DNA of 64,000 nt. Source: Thecamonas trahens ATCC 50062 (taxonomy: Eukaryota > Protista > Apusomonadida). The notes beneath the pieces are model-generated. The model made no database searches and was not told where the DNA came from. It saw only the letters and a list, made by a program, of their open reading frames with translations. This document shows positions 41,566 to 52,291 of the stretch, piece by piece; within the stretch, counting starts at the first letter, position 1, and every line of letters starts with the position of its first letter. Made by a program: the position numbers and the translations under genes. The stretch lies in NCBI RefSeq assembly GCF_000142905.1, contig NW_013657653.1, positions 290,392-354,391 of the forward strand, read 5' to 3'.

Positions 41566-42825
41566 ATGGTGCTGGAATGGGTGGCTGAGCATGTGGACGG
41601 CGCAGTGGTGGTCCTTGGCATCTGTCTGCTCAACTTGGTGCCTGTGGCGTATGAGCTGTGCGTCTCGGCTGCTCTTGGTGCAGGCTACGACGTGACCCGG
41701 TGGCGGTGGTTTGCGGCGGCGAGCGCAGGCGTCGATGGCGTGGGCGTGGCTGGCGAGCGCGGCCTCATCGCCGTTGTTGTCGCCTTTATCACCACTGCCA
41801 TCTACCTCCATGTCTCTGCCTTTTATCCGTTCTTTGACCAGCACGCCGCCTGGCTCCCCTGGATCGTCCTCCACCTCCTCCCCTCGCTCGTCCTCAACTC
41901 GGGCATGCTGCTCTGCTTCGCCCTCGCCTGTCTCCGCTCGCCGGGCGCTGTCCGCCCGCCTCCAGGCGCGGATCCCTTTGCCGCCCTCCCCTCGGACGTT
42001 GTCGCTCGCATCGAGGCCAAGCTCGGTCCCGTCGGCGCCATCCCTGGTGCCTCGCTCGCCCGCGCCCTCCGCATCTTCGGCATCCGCTGGTGCGGTTGGT
42101 GCCGGGTCGTCAAGACGCCGCACACGCATCACTGCGGGACGTGCAACGCGTGCGTGCCGCGGATGGATCACCACTGCCCGTTTACGGCCAACTGCGTCGG
42201 CCGCGACAACATCCGCCACTTCTATCCCTTCATCTCGTACACCGTCGGCGCCGCCCTCTACGCTATGATCCTCACTTGGCCGTCCTTCCGCACCTGTTAC
42301 TGGGCTCTGCCGGGCAACACAGCTGCTAGCGCAAGCCACTCACACGCGCCGGACGCCATGCACTCTGCCGATCCCGAGCTCGACGCCCTCTGCGAGCGCC
42401 TCGGCTCGCGAAACCGCCTGCTGTTTCTTGTTGCGGTCGGCTCGTTTGTCGTCCTCGGCGCCCTCCACGGCTACATGACCTATCTGCTCCTCACCGGCCG
42501 CACCATGCTCGAGAACATGCCGTTCATGTCGACTCACAAGCCTGATGGCGACCCTGAGGGCGTCGCCGCTACCCGCTCGCCATCGGCCATCCAGCGGCCG
42601 TCGCTCCGCGAGTATTATGACGGCCGCGAGCCTGATGACGCTGACGATGACGACAACGACTACAGTCTCCACCCCAAGCAACGCTCCTGGCTTCGCGGCC
42701 TTGCACGCGCGCGCGCCAACCTCGAGCTCGCCTTTGGTCCTGTGCACCTGTGGTGGCGGTGGTGGTTTCCGCTCGCCGATGCCGTCTACTGCCTTGCCAC
42801 CGGGCGCAGCTTTGGCCGCCCGTGA
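41566..42825 (+). CDS. DHHC-type palmitoyl-acyltransferase
   Basis: WCGWCRVVKTPHTHHCGTCNACVPRMDHHCPFTANCVGRDNIRHF, TM helices and a TMLE (TTxE-like) motif. Confidence 0.92.
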   Translation: MVLEWVAEHVDGAVVVLGICLLNLVPVAYELCVSAALGAGYDVTRWRWFAAASAGVDGVGVAGERGLIAVVVAFITTAIYLHVSAFYPFFDQHAAWLPWIVLHLLPSLVLNSGMLLCFALACLRSPGAVRPPPGADPFAALPSDVVARIEAKLGPVGAIPGASLARALRIFGIRWCGWCRVVKTPHTHHCGTCNACVPRMDHHCPFTANCVGRDNIRHFYPFISYTVGAALYAMILTWPSFRTCYWALPGNTAASASHSHAPDAMHSADPELDALCERLGSRNRLLFLVAVGSFVVLGALHGYMTYLLLTGRTMLENMPFMSTHKPDGDPEGVAATRSPSAIQRPSLREYYDGREPDDADDDDNDYSLHPKQRSWLRGLARARANLELAFGPVHLWWRWWFPLADAVYCLATGRSFGRP

Positions 42826-43698
42826 CTACTTTGTCCTCACGCCGCGCAGCTTCTCGGTGAACTGGTAGTAGATCCAGTCGCCATCCTGCTCGTCGTCGTC
42901 GTCCCCGTCGCCGGCGCCCATGCCGGTGCACCCGGGCGTGGTGAGTTGGATGCGAAAGACGCGCGAGCCGTCGCGCGGCTCCTTGGGCACCAGCTGCTCT
43001 TTGGGGAGAAAGTGTGGGAGGGTGAGGCCGCGCGCGGCGCGGATAAGAACGTGCAGCCGCGCAATCGGCAGCTGCTTGGTGGCTGTCAGCTCGGCGCCGC
43101 GCATCACCACATGCCGCAGCGTCGACCGGATGGCCCGCTCCATGCCGCGGGCGTCGACCTCGTCGCTCGCTTCGCCGCCAGAGGCGCACTCGCGCGGAAG
43201 AACGAGTGTCAGCCGCTCACGCGGCGCCAGTACCGTTGTTCCGAGGATAAAGTCAACAGCACGGATGGAGGCCGGCGCAGCAGCGAGTGCGGCCGTGAGC
43301 TCTTCAAAGAGCGTGGAGAGGCCTGTGGCAAGCGCGATGGCTGCCCGCGGCGCGGCGGCGCTAAATCCGCGTGGGGCCGGGGCGCTCGCCACCGCCGCAG
43401 CATCGGCCACCAGCTGCTGGTACGGCGACGGAAGCTGCTGCCGCAGGTACAAGACCTGTGCAAGGATGCGCGGCACAAGGTGAGGGAGCCCGGCGTGTGT
43501 TGCGCCGCAGCCTCCGCCCGGGCCATCGCTTGGCGCAAAGGCGACCGCAAACACGACCTTTTCGCGCCGCCCGCCCGCCCCGCTCCGCGACGCCCGCGCC
43601 CTCCCGCTCCCGCCACCCGCCCGCCGCGACGCAAAGAACCGTCCCTTGCCCAGCACCGCCGCCGCCGAGGGTGGAGGCGCTGCCCGTGTTCGTTCCAT
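42826..43698 (-). CDS. MAD2L1BP: p31comet / MAD2L1-binding protein (HORMA fold)
   Basis: ILAQVLYLRQQLPSPYQQL, FILGTTVLAPRE and C-terminal WIYYQ..KLRG resemble the recalled p31comet motifs (YQRQQLPLPYEQL; LGG..SPKE; WFQ....KG). Confidence 0.75.
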   Translation of the reverse strand: MERTRAAPPPSAAAVLGKGRFFASRRAGGGSGRARASRSGAGGRREKVVFAVAFAPSDGPGGGCGATHAGLPHLVPRILAQVLYLRQQLPSPYQQLVADAAAVASAPAPRGFSAAAPRAAIALATGLSTLFEELTAALAAAPASIRAVDFILGTTVLAPRERLTLVLPRECASGGEASDEVDARGMERAIRSTLRHVVMRGAELTATKQLPIARLHVLIRAARGLTLPHFLPKEQLVPKEPRDGSRVFRIQLTTPGCTGMGAGDGDDDDEQDGDWIYYQFTEKLRGVRTK

Positions 43699-44412
43699 GT
43701 CGGTGGAGGGGGGTGAGGTGGCGACTCACAAGCTACCGCGAACTACCTCGTAGCGGTGGTTGGCTGGTGTGGCACCGCTGCCGCGAGTGGAGCTAGTAAG
43801 CTGCGTGGGCCGCTCTCGAGATACAGATGTGCTTTATTTCAACATACTTTGGCTGACGCTGACTGCTATGTTGTCTTCTATGTAGCCATGTGGCTCTGTG
43901 CACTTTTGGGGGCCTGAATCAGTGCTTGGTCGTCATGATCGTTTGCCGGTCCCAGATCCCCACGTCTTTGCGGACGTGATCTCTGATTTCGATTGAACGC
44001 GCCCACTCGTCGGCTGCGGGGAGGCCTGCCGATTGATAATGCCGCCTGCGCTCCGCTTAGTCCAGACTATGGGGACGACCTCGCGCATCGGACCCTATGC
44101 CGAGGATGGACAGATGGCCAGTGTCCTGCCAGACTGTGCGATCTGACCCTGGGCGTGACGGTTGGGAGAGGAGCTCTTCAGTGATGACCGGCACCTGCCC
44201 GGTGTCGCATCGCAACACTTGGCCGGTCACCACTACAGTGGGGACGCCGACATCGAGTGCCCCCTCAGTGTAGCCTCGCGTTATCGCCCAGTCGAGTGAT
44301 GGCCCGATGTATGCCGGCGGTCGGGCCGATCACGCGATGCTCCCCCCCGCTGTCCGCCCCGTCAACCTCTCCTCCCCATCGACTCGTGGGCGGACGTGGG
44401 TGGCCACACTGC

Positions 44413-45128
44413 ATGACCACGGTATTAGCACTAGCGACATGCCTCCCCGCCACGCTCGACACCACGTATGGCTATGACAAGGCCCTCAAGGTGCGTCTCA
44501 GGCAGATTCCTGCACGTCACCGTCACGCCATGCTGCAGCGACTCACTACAGCTCACAGATTGTGCAGTACGGCGTATGGGCGGCGACGGCCAACAATGTT
44601 GAGGCGTCCGAGCGATGGCGACCGGCAATGGCGGCAATCTCGGGAACGCGCCGCATGCTGCGTGCGGGCAAGGCTCTGCCGTCCCTTCGAGCAGCAGCGA
44701 AAGCGGCGGGCGTGGCCCGAAGTGCAGCCGATGGACTGCGCGCGTTGATGTGGGCGCTCGAGAGCGCCGCAAGCGCATGCGATGCTGGCTACTACCTGGC
44801 TGACAACGCATCGGTTGTGTCGAGCTGGGGTGTGGTCAGCTCGCCTGCGCCTTACTCGGCGAGCCTCGATCACGTCGCCAACTTGGCATGGGCGGCGTCG
44901 ATTGTGCTCCGCGCCCCGGGCGCTCTCCTTTCCCTCCGCTCAGCCCCGTCGCTCTCCGCACTCCTTGACCTGCTCCTCCTCGCTCTCGATGCCGTCCTCG
45001 CGGGCTTCTTCCTCTGGCCACCCACCTCCCACCCACCGATCTCTGCTCGCACTGCCGGGATCATCGGCTCACTCTCTGCTCTCATCTCGCTCCTCCGGCG
45101 GGCATCGTCCTCCCTCTCGGCAGTTTGA
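44413..45128 (+). CDS. PEX11: Peroxin PEX11-like; exons 44413-44490 and 44559-45128
   Basis: A 68-nt intron (GTGCGT, ACTCAC, CAG) gives LDTTYGYDKALK-IVQY (PEX11 G.DK..R..QY), followed by ISGTRRMLRAGK and C-terminal AGIIGSLSALISL. Confidence 0.78.
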
Positions 45129-45610
45129 CAAACAACAGCATGGTCTTTTTTTTCTTCTATTCTGTGCCACCATGCCACTCCTTGCTCACGTCACGCTCGC
45201 CACACGCGAGAGCCAGGCCCCGCACCCATAGACGTTCGTCACGAGGGCACACTCGTCTCGAGCCTCCGTCTCGGATCTTGTAAGCGCTCCAACAAGCCAA
45301 ACCACCTCTACCCACACACCCTACACCCACCCCGCCCACCCCGCCCCCCCTCCCCCCCCCCCCCCCACTCAATCGTCTACCCCCAATTCCCCTCATCCCC
45401 CCCCCCCTCCCCCCTTCTGGGAGACTTTCGATTCTTCACGAACGTTTCGAGCGGGAAAAAAATAGTGGCGCAAAAAAAGGGCCCGGGAAAAACCGAACAC
45501 ACACACACACACACATACACACACGCGCACGCACGCGCACACGCTCCGGTCACTCTTCTTGCAAAGAGCCAGAGCATCGGCACCGCTCATCATCTATTCC
45601 CCTGTGCCCA

Positions 45611-46480
45611 ATGGCTTCGTCCCCTGCCACAGGTATCTTCCGCACCGCCCTTCTCCGCGTAGTTGGGCATGTAAAGGTGCTCTCGGCCCGCTACGCCGCC
45701 GCCGCCGCCTCGCGGCCGTTCCTCACTGCTGCTGCCACCTCGGGCTCGCTCATGACTGCCGGCGACATTGTGGCCCAGAGTTTGGAGCGCGACCAGGCTC
45801 GCCGCGAAGGCATGCCTGTTCCGGCTCATGACGTCGGTCGCACCTTTGTCATGGCCTCGTGGGGCCTCACCGTGCTCCCGGCCGTCTGGGCGCCGTGGTA
45901 TCCACTCCTTGATCGGGTCATATCAGCCACGGGTCTTAAGGGTGCCCTAGCCAAGGCTCTCCTCACGGCCGTCACCATGGCGCCGCTCTCCAACGGCGCG
46001 TTTTTTGCCTACTCGACCAGCGTCGAGTACTGGATGGAGTGCCACCTGCCGAAGCTGCTCGCGCCGCTGCCGATCTCGCTCTCGCGCCCGCTCGCTCCTC
46101 CCGACACTCGCCCACTTGCACTTGTCGCTGCAGTGGTCTCCGAGCGTGCAGCGTCGCTACCGCCACCTGTCATCGAGCTCGCCGCCACGGTCGCCGAGGC
46201 CGACGCACAGCAAGACGCGCTCGCTGCTGATGCCTCTCCCGTTCCCGCCGTCGCTGCCGACAAGCGCCTGGCCCGATTCATCCCGCCCGAGCTCACGCAC
46301 CGGATCCTGACCAAGCTCACCGATGAGATGCCAGGCACCGTCGTCGGCTCGTTTACCATCTGGGTCCCAACCAACACCATCGCCTGGTGGCTCATCCCCC
46401 CAACTCTGCGGTTCCCGGCGACGTCGACCATCTCCGTCCTCTGGAACTCGTATCTCTCGCTTGCTCAGCACCGCGAGTAG
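45611..46480 (+). CDS. Mpv17/PMP22 family membrane protein with an internal insertion
   Basis: RPFLT..TSGSLMTAGDIVAQ, HDVGRT, WY..LDR, IWVP.N....IPP.LR....ISVLWNSYLS. Confidence 0.85.
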   Translation: MASSPATGIFRTALLRVVGHVKVLSARYAAAAASRPFLTAAATSGSLMTAGDIVAQSLERDQARREGMPVPAHDVGRTFVMASWGLTVLPAVWAPWYPLLDRVISATGLKGALAKALLTAVTMAPLSNGAFFAYSTSVEYWMECHLPKLLAPLPISLSRPLAPPDTRPLALVAAVVSERAASLPPPVIELAATVAEADAQQDALAADASPVPAVAADKRLARFIPPELTHRILTKLTDEMPGTVVGSFTIWVPTNTIAWWLIPPTLRFPATSTISVLWNSYLSLAQHRE

Positions 46481-46516
46481 CCGCAGCCGGATTCACTGGT
46501 TGCGCTCCGCGGCTTG

Positions 46517-48115
46517 TCAGCCCGATGCCGACGGCAGGCACGATTCGGAGCAAAAGAGCGAGCCCCCCTGGGCGTGGATGGCCTTGCCCTCGAGAGGCGT
46601 TCCGCAGGTAAAGCATGTCAAGCACTCGGGGTGGAGCGTCATGTCGAGAATGCGCATGATACGACCCGGAATGACGTTGCTGCACCGGGTGCAGGCCGTG
46701 CCGTGCCGCGCGAGGTAGTGGCTCTCGCAGAACAGCACGCGGTCGACGGCCCTAAAGGAAGTAGCAAGTGCGCTGCCACACTCGGAGCAGACAAAGCACT
46801 CTTTGTGGTAGTGTGCACCCTCGGCAGCCAGGAACGATGCGCCGGCCACAATTGACTTGGTGCACGCAGCACAGCTGAGCGAGGTCACCGTCTCGGACCG
46901 CCGATGTCGCTGCTCGGGCGTGGCGGCGGCGGCAGCAGCAGCAGCAGCGGCGGCGGCCTCGGCGCACGCCGGGCAGTACATGGCCTCGGCGACAAGCGAC
47001 ACCGCCGATGCCGACGGCACCAGCTCGGCCGAGCACGAGGCGCACACGCGTCCGTGCAGCCGCCGGTAGTCGGCCTTGCAGTACACTGTCGTGTTGTGCA
47101 GCCGAAAGTCGGCCGAGGTGCCGAGCTGGACCCCGCACGCATGGCAGGCAAAGCAGTGCTCGTGGTACTTGCGGACCACAGGCTTGGAGAGGTGGACAAC
47201 CGGGCCCGAGAGCTCAAGCAGGCAGAGCGCGCACCGGATCTGCGCCGCGGCGCCAGTCAGGTCGACCGGGATCAGCGCCGCGTCCGGCAGTGCACTCGTA
47301 ATGTCGTCGAGGCTGGCCAGGATGGCCGGCCACGCCGGGCGCGCCTCGGGCTCGACCTCGCAGCACGCCATGACGAGGGCAATGAGCGGGTCCGGAACCC
47401 GCGGCGTGCTCAGCTCGCGGAGTGAGGCTTCCACAATGCCAAACTCATTTGTCCGGTCCAGCACGTCTGGGTCCGGCAGCTGGCGGGTGATGAGCTCGGT
47501 GAGGGTGACGCCAAAGCCAAAGATGTCAGCCAGCTCCGAGTACTCCTTACCAAACAGCACCTCGGGCGCCATCCAGTAGTGCGAGCCAACGATCGAGAGG
47601 CGCTTCGCCTTGGCACCCTTGGGCGCGCGCGGCACCTGCTTGGCAATGCCAAAGTCGGCGACCTTGACGTGGAACCCGTCGTCGAGCAGCAGGTTTCCGG
47701 CCTTAATATCACGATGCATGACGCCCTTGGAGTGCAGGTACATGAGCGCGAGCACTGTCTCTCGTGCCATCCGCATCCGCAGCTTCCACGAGACCTCGAC
47801 GGCAGCGTTCTCCAGAAGGCCGAGCACATCGCCGCCCGGCGCAAACTCGGTTACAATGTACAGCTGGTCCGGCCCGGCCGACACGCCCATGAACGAGATG
47901 ACGTGCGGGTGCCGCAAGGCCTTGAGGACAGCAACCTCGTTGCGGAATGACTCGATGACCTCGGCCTTGTCCTCGGCCGCAACCTTGAGCGCTTTGAGTG
48001 CCACGCTCGTTGCCAGGTACTCGCCCTTGTACACCACGCCAAAGAAGCCAGCCCCGAGCTCCTTGCCCAGCCGCAGGCTCTCAAACGGGATGTCAAACTC
48101 GTCCACCGCGTCCAT
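46517..48115 (-). CDS. TKL kinase (LIMK/TESK-like catalytic domain) with C-terminal LIM domains
   Basis: GAGFFGVVYKG, VALK, HRDIKAGN, DFG, VGSHYWMAPE, DPDVLDRTNEFG; LIM motifs CxxC..YHEHCFACHAC..YC, CxxC..YHKECFVCSEC..FCESHY, CxxC..HPECLTCFTC..FCSESC. Confidence 0.92.
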   Translation of the reverse strand: MDAVDEFDIPFESLRLGKELGAGFFGVVYKGEYLATSVALKALKVAAEDKAEVIESFRNEVAVLKALRHPHVISFMGVSAGPDQLYIVTEFAPGGDVLGLLENAAVEVSWKLRMRMARETVLALMYLHSKGVMHRDIKAGNLLLDDGFHVKVADFGIAKQVPRAPKGAKAKRLSIVGSHYWMAPEVLFGKEYSELADIFGFGVTLTELITRQLPDPDVLDRTNEFGIVEASLRELSTPRVPDPLIALVMACCEVEPEARPAWPAILASLDDITSALPDAALIPVDLTGAAAQIRCALCLLELSGPVVHLSKPVVRKYHEHCFACHACGVQLGTSADFRLHNTTVYCKADYRRLHGRVCASCSAELVPSASAVSLVAEAMYCPACAEAAAAAAAAAAAATPEQRHRRSETVTSLSCAACTKSIVAGASFLAAEGAHYHKECFVCSECGSALATSFRAVDRVLFCESHYLARHGTACTRCSNVIPGRIMRILDMTLHPECLTCFTCGTPLEGKAIHAQGGSLFCSESCLPSASG

Positions 48116-48449
48116 GCTCTCCCTCTCCTCCTCGCTGCCTTGCTTGTGTGAGATGTGTGCTTCCGTACCTGTCCCCGTCCCGTCTCCTTGCCTTGTTGCT
48201 CTCGGGACGAATGCTTGCTAGAGTCTCCCAGTTATCAAGCCGCCGCTCCTGCTTTTCCGGCTTGCTAGCACGGTCATTGCGTAACTATTTTTTTTATCCA
48301 CGCCCACGCCCACACTTCCCCAAAAAACCATCCCACCCACCCTTCAGCCAACTATTCGCCCCACCACCGTTGCTGTCACTTCACCTGTCGCTCGCTCTCG
48401 ACGTACCGGCCTTGCCTTGCCTGCAAGCACACTCTACGCCCCGTCCCGC

Positions 48450-51046
48450 ATGGCGCTGCTATCAGAGGTCATCGGCTTTTCGTCGGAGAACTCGACCTCG
48501 TCATTGGGCAGGGAAAGGCACGCTCTACGTCACGAGCGACGCGGTGATGATGCCGGACGCGGACTCGGCTCGGCCTCGTACGAGCTTTACACCTACTCGT
48601 GCTCGTCAAACGACGAGATGGAGGCACGCGCACTCCCGCCGGCTCCTCGACCGAGTGCTGATGCTCCGAGCGCGAACCGGAGCCTGGCTTCGGGCTCGGG
48701 TTTGGGCTCAGGCTCGGGCTCGGGCTCTGGCTCGCACTTTGAGGTCATCGACACAGTTGGCTCGAGCCGCGAGGCGCCGATGGCGTCAAACCGGACGCTG
48801 GACGAGCTTGAGGGCGGCGCGACACTGACGCTCTCGTCGCGGACCCGGACATATCTGGCCAAAGCAATTAAGGCGACGGACGAGATCCCGGTAGCGCCTG
48901 ATCCCCACGGCGACGCGGCGCCGGCAGGCAAGCTGCTCAACCAGTTCCTGGCCTCGGGCATCTGCTGTAACAACATCGGCTCGTCGTGTCTGTACGTCAT
49001 TGCGCTCTGCGCAGCGCCGGCGGGCAAGTACGCGCCCATAGCGCTACTCATCATCTGCGGCCTGCTCTACCTCTTCCGCTCGATCTACACCGAGGTAGTC
49101 TCTGCGCTCCCTGTCAACGGGGGGACGTACAACCTCCTGCTCAATACCACGTCCAAGGCACAGGCCTCACTCGCAGCATGTCTCACCATGCTCTCGTACG
49201 TGGCGACGGCAGTCATCTCGTCGTCGTCGGCCATCCGGTACATCAAGTCGCTCGCCACCGACGTTGAGTGGTTCAATGTCATCACCTTTACCATTGCACT
49301 CCTCGCCTTTGTTGCCATCCTCAATCTGCTCGGCATCACCGAGTCTGCCGGCGTTGCACTCGGCATTCTCCTGCTCCACTGCTCGTCGCTTGCGATTCTC
49401 CTGGTGTGCTCGGCCATCAAGGCTGTGACCGACATGCCGCGGGTCGGCAACGAGTCCGTCCTCTCGCACAACTGGACGTCGACCTCACCCGACGGCGGCG
49501 TGGTCTCGGCCATTTTTTCGGCTTCTCGGCCGCGCTCCTCGGCATTTCCGGCTTTGAGTCGTCGGCTAACTACGTGGAGCAGCAGCAGCCGGGCGTCTTT
49601 CCCAAGACCCTGCGGAACATGTGGATTCTGGTCACCATTATCAATCCCGCCACCGCCTTTCTCGCGCAGTGCCTTGTGCCGATGGCGCTTATCGAGGAGC
49701 AGGCGACCGAGGGTGCGCTGCTCTCGCTCATGGGCCGCATCGCAGCCGGCAAGTGGCTTGAGGTGCTCATCATCATCGACGCCGGCCTTGTCCTCACTGG
49801 CGCCGTCATCTCGTCGTTTGTCGGCTTCAACGGCCTTGTCCACCGCATGACCATGGACCGCTGTCTCCCGCAGATTCTGCTGCGGACCAACAAGCTCCGC
49901 GGGACCCGCCACTACATCATTGTCGGCCTCTGGCTCCTCACCTCGGCCATGGTTCTCTTCACTGGCGGCAAGATCGACATCATGGCCGGGGTCTACACCA
50001 TTGCTTTTCTCGCCGTCATGACCCTCTTCACCGTCGGCAACATGCTGCTCAAGCTCCGCCGGTCGAACTTGCCTACCCGGCTCCGTGCCTCGTGGCCGAC
50101 CGTCATTGTCGCCTTTCTTGGCGTTGTCCTTGGTCTCATCGGCAACATTGTGTCGCGCGACCAGACCGCGCTGGCGGGCTTCTTCATCTTTGGTGCCGTC
50201 TTTGCGCTCCCGGTCCTGGTCATGCTCAACCGAACCCAGCTGCTGCGGATGGTGGCGACCGCGACGGCGAGCTTTGCGTCTGGCGTCGAGCCGGCCCACC
50301 CGCTGGCCGACGCCGACACGAGCGACGAGGCCGCGCTGGCCGGCGCNNNNNNNNNNNNNNNNNNNNNNNNNNNNNNNNNNNNNNNNNNNNNNNNNNNNNN
50401 NNNNNNNNNNNNNNNNNNNNNNNNNNNNNNNNNNNNNNNNNNNNNNNNNNNNNNNNNNNNNNNNNNNNNNNNNNNNNNNNNNNNNNNNNNNNNNNNNNNN
50501 NNNNNNNNNNNNNNNNNNNNNNNNNNNNNNNNNNNNNNNNNNNNNNNNNNNNNNNNNNNNNNNNNNNNNNNNNNNNNNNNNNNNNNNNNNNNNNNNNNNN
50601 NCTGTACGTCTGCGCCGCCGCGGAGCCGTTCGTGGCTCGCCACCACCATCGCGCGCCGAATTCATTTCCCGGCCAAGCGCCTCGCCCACCACTTGACCCA
50701 CAAGCCGCTTGTTTATTTTACCAACCACGACGATCCTGTTGTCCAGGCCAAGGTCGTTCGCTACGTCCTCAACAATGAGCTGCGCCGGTGGATCAAGTTT
50801 GTGCGGGTTTATCCTCACCGCACCACCGTGCCAGGGGCCATCCCAGCCTCGTACCTCTACCTCCAACGGCAGCATCCAGACATGCGCATCGATTACGTCG
50901 CCGTCGTTGGCGACTTTTCGCCCGCCATGGTCCGCCACATCTCGTTTGTCCTCCACGTCCCCACCATGTTCATGTTCATGTCGAGCTTTGGCGACTCGTT
51001 CCCGCACTCGTACATGTCGCTCGGTGGCCTCCGCCTGCTGATGTAG
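48450..51046 (+). CDS. APC-superfamily amino-acid permease (frameshift at ~49515, gap 50347-50601)
   Basis: ASGICCNNIGSSCLYV, EVVSALPVNGGTYNLLLNT, GISGFESSANYVE, FPKTLRNMW; the frames join with one extra T in the T6 run. Confidence 0.88.
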
Positions 51047-51052
51047 CCTGTC

Positions 51053-51778
51053 CTAACACTCAATCCCATCCCCTGCCTCTGCCACCAACCCTGCCTCTGC
51101 CAGCTCGTCCTCCAGCTCGACGACCCGTGCTCGGAGTGCCGTCATTCCGGCCCGCAGCTCTGCGTTGGTCGCCATCAGCTCGTTCGCCCGGCTCGCCGCC
51201 CGTCGCCGCAGCTCGTTTGCCCTGCTCACCGCCGCGGCATCGCGAGCGCGGCCGGCCTCGAGCTCGGCAACCCGGGACTCGAGCCGGGCACATGACGCCC
51301 GCGCATCGTCTAACGCGCTGTGGACCGTCGTCCGGCCCCCCTGCTCGGTACTGGACGCCCGCAGCAGTGATCGGCGAGTCGCCTCGGCCGTCGGCGACGT
51401 CAGCGGCTGCTGCGGCGGCTCGGACTGGGACTGGGACTGGGACGGTGGCCATGGCGTTTGCAGAGTCTGCGGCGGAGGCGTCCACGGCGTCCGCGGCGGC
51501 GACGCTGACACTGCCCGGCGGCTCGGCACGTGCCCCTCCACAGCGTCGAGCACCTCACGCGGGACAGGAAGGCCGGCGCGGCCCAGGAGGCCCGCCAGGT
51601 GCAGGATGTGGTCGTGGGCGGTGTTGAGCCGTGCGCGGAACAGGAGCTCGCGGTGGGCAACCAGGTCCATGGCCTCAACAATGGCCGTGCGAATGGCCGG
51701 TATGGTCTCGGGCAGCGGTGCCGGATGCGCACCAGCTGACAAGGGGCTTGTTGGTCTTCTGGAGCTGTGTCCGTCCAT
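51053..51778 (-). CDS. Hypothetical coiled-coil protein
   Basis: ATG at 51778 (MDGHSS); C-terminal heptads (LESRVAELE, LRARVVELEDELAE). Confidence 0.6.
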   Translation of the reverse strand: MDGHSSRRPTSPLSAGAHPAPLPETIPAIRTAIVEAMDLVAHRELLFRARLNTAHDHILHLAGLLGRAGLPVPREVLDAVEGHVPSRRAVSASPPRTPWTPPPQTLQTPWPPSQSQSQSEPPQQPLTSPTAEATRRSLLRASSTEQGGRTTVHSALDDARASCARLESRVAELEAGRARDAAAVSRANELRRRAASRANELMATNAELRAGMTALRARVVELEDELAEAGLVAEAGDGIEC

Positions 51779-52291
51779 GGCGGCCGCAGCTGCGAGAGGT
51801 GGTGACCACCCACCGGGACGCTGCCAGGGCTTGACTGGGGGAGAAGAAGGGGGGGGGGCAATTAAGGCGCGACCAAGACACATCCAATGCAATTGCAGAG
51901 TTGGTCTGGAGAGTGTCCAAGCCCCTCGTGCCCTTCCCCCTCACCTGGCCCCTTCACCCAGTCTGCTTTCCCCCAAGCAGCCCCCTCCCCCCCACACCCC
52001 CTCCCTCCGGAAACAGAAAACTAAACCCAAAGACCGGGTCGTTACCTGTCATCCCCATGGCCAAATCCCGCGCTTCGCAAATCAAGTCGCGCGCGTGGAA
52101 AAAATACCCGCCTGCATGCCCCCCCCCCCCCCCCCCCCTCTCCCTGTCCTGACCCACGCTGCTGACAACGGCAAGTCGCACCACCTCTCGCAGTAGTGCG
52201 GCACGAAGCGTTTCGGGCCCCCATTACACGACACAGGATTCGGCTGTCTTCGGTTATCCTCCCGGTCTTTGTCATTGTCCTTACAGCGCGT

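Noticed and set aside
43800-44200. snRNA or snoRNA gene
   Set aside because: No convincing U1/U2/U4/U5/U6 conserved motif or paired C/D boxes seen by eye.
49505-49525. Canonical programmed -1 frameshift slippery site
   Set aside because: The T6 run is not in X XXY YYZ register in the upstream frame; a homopolymer miscall is simpler.
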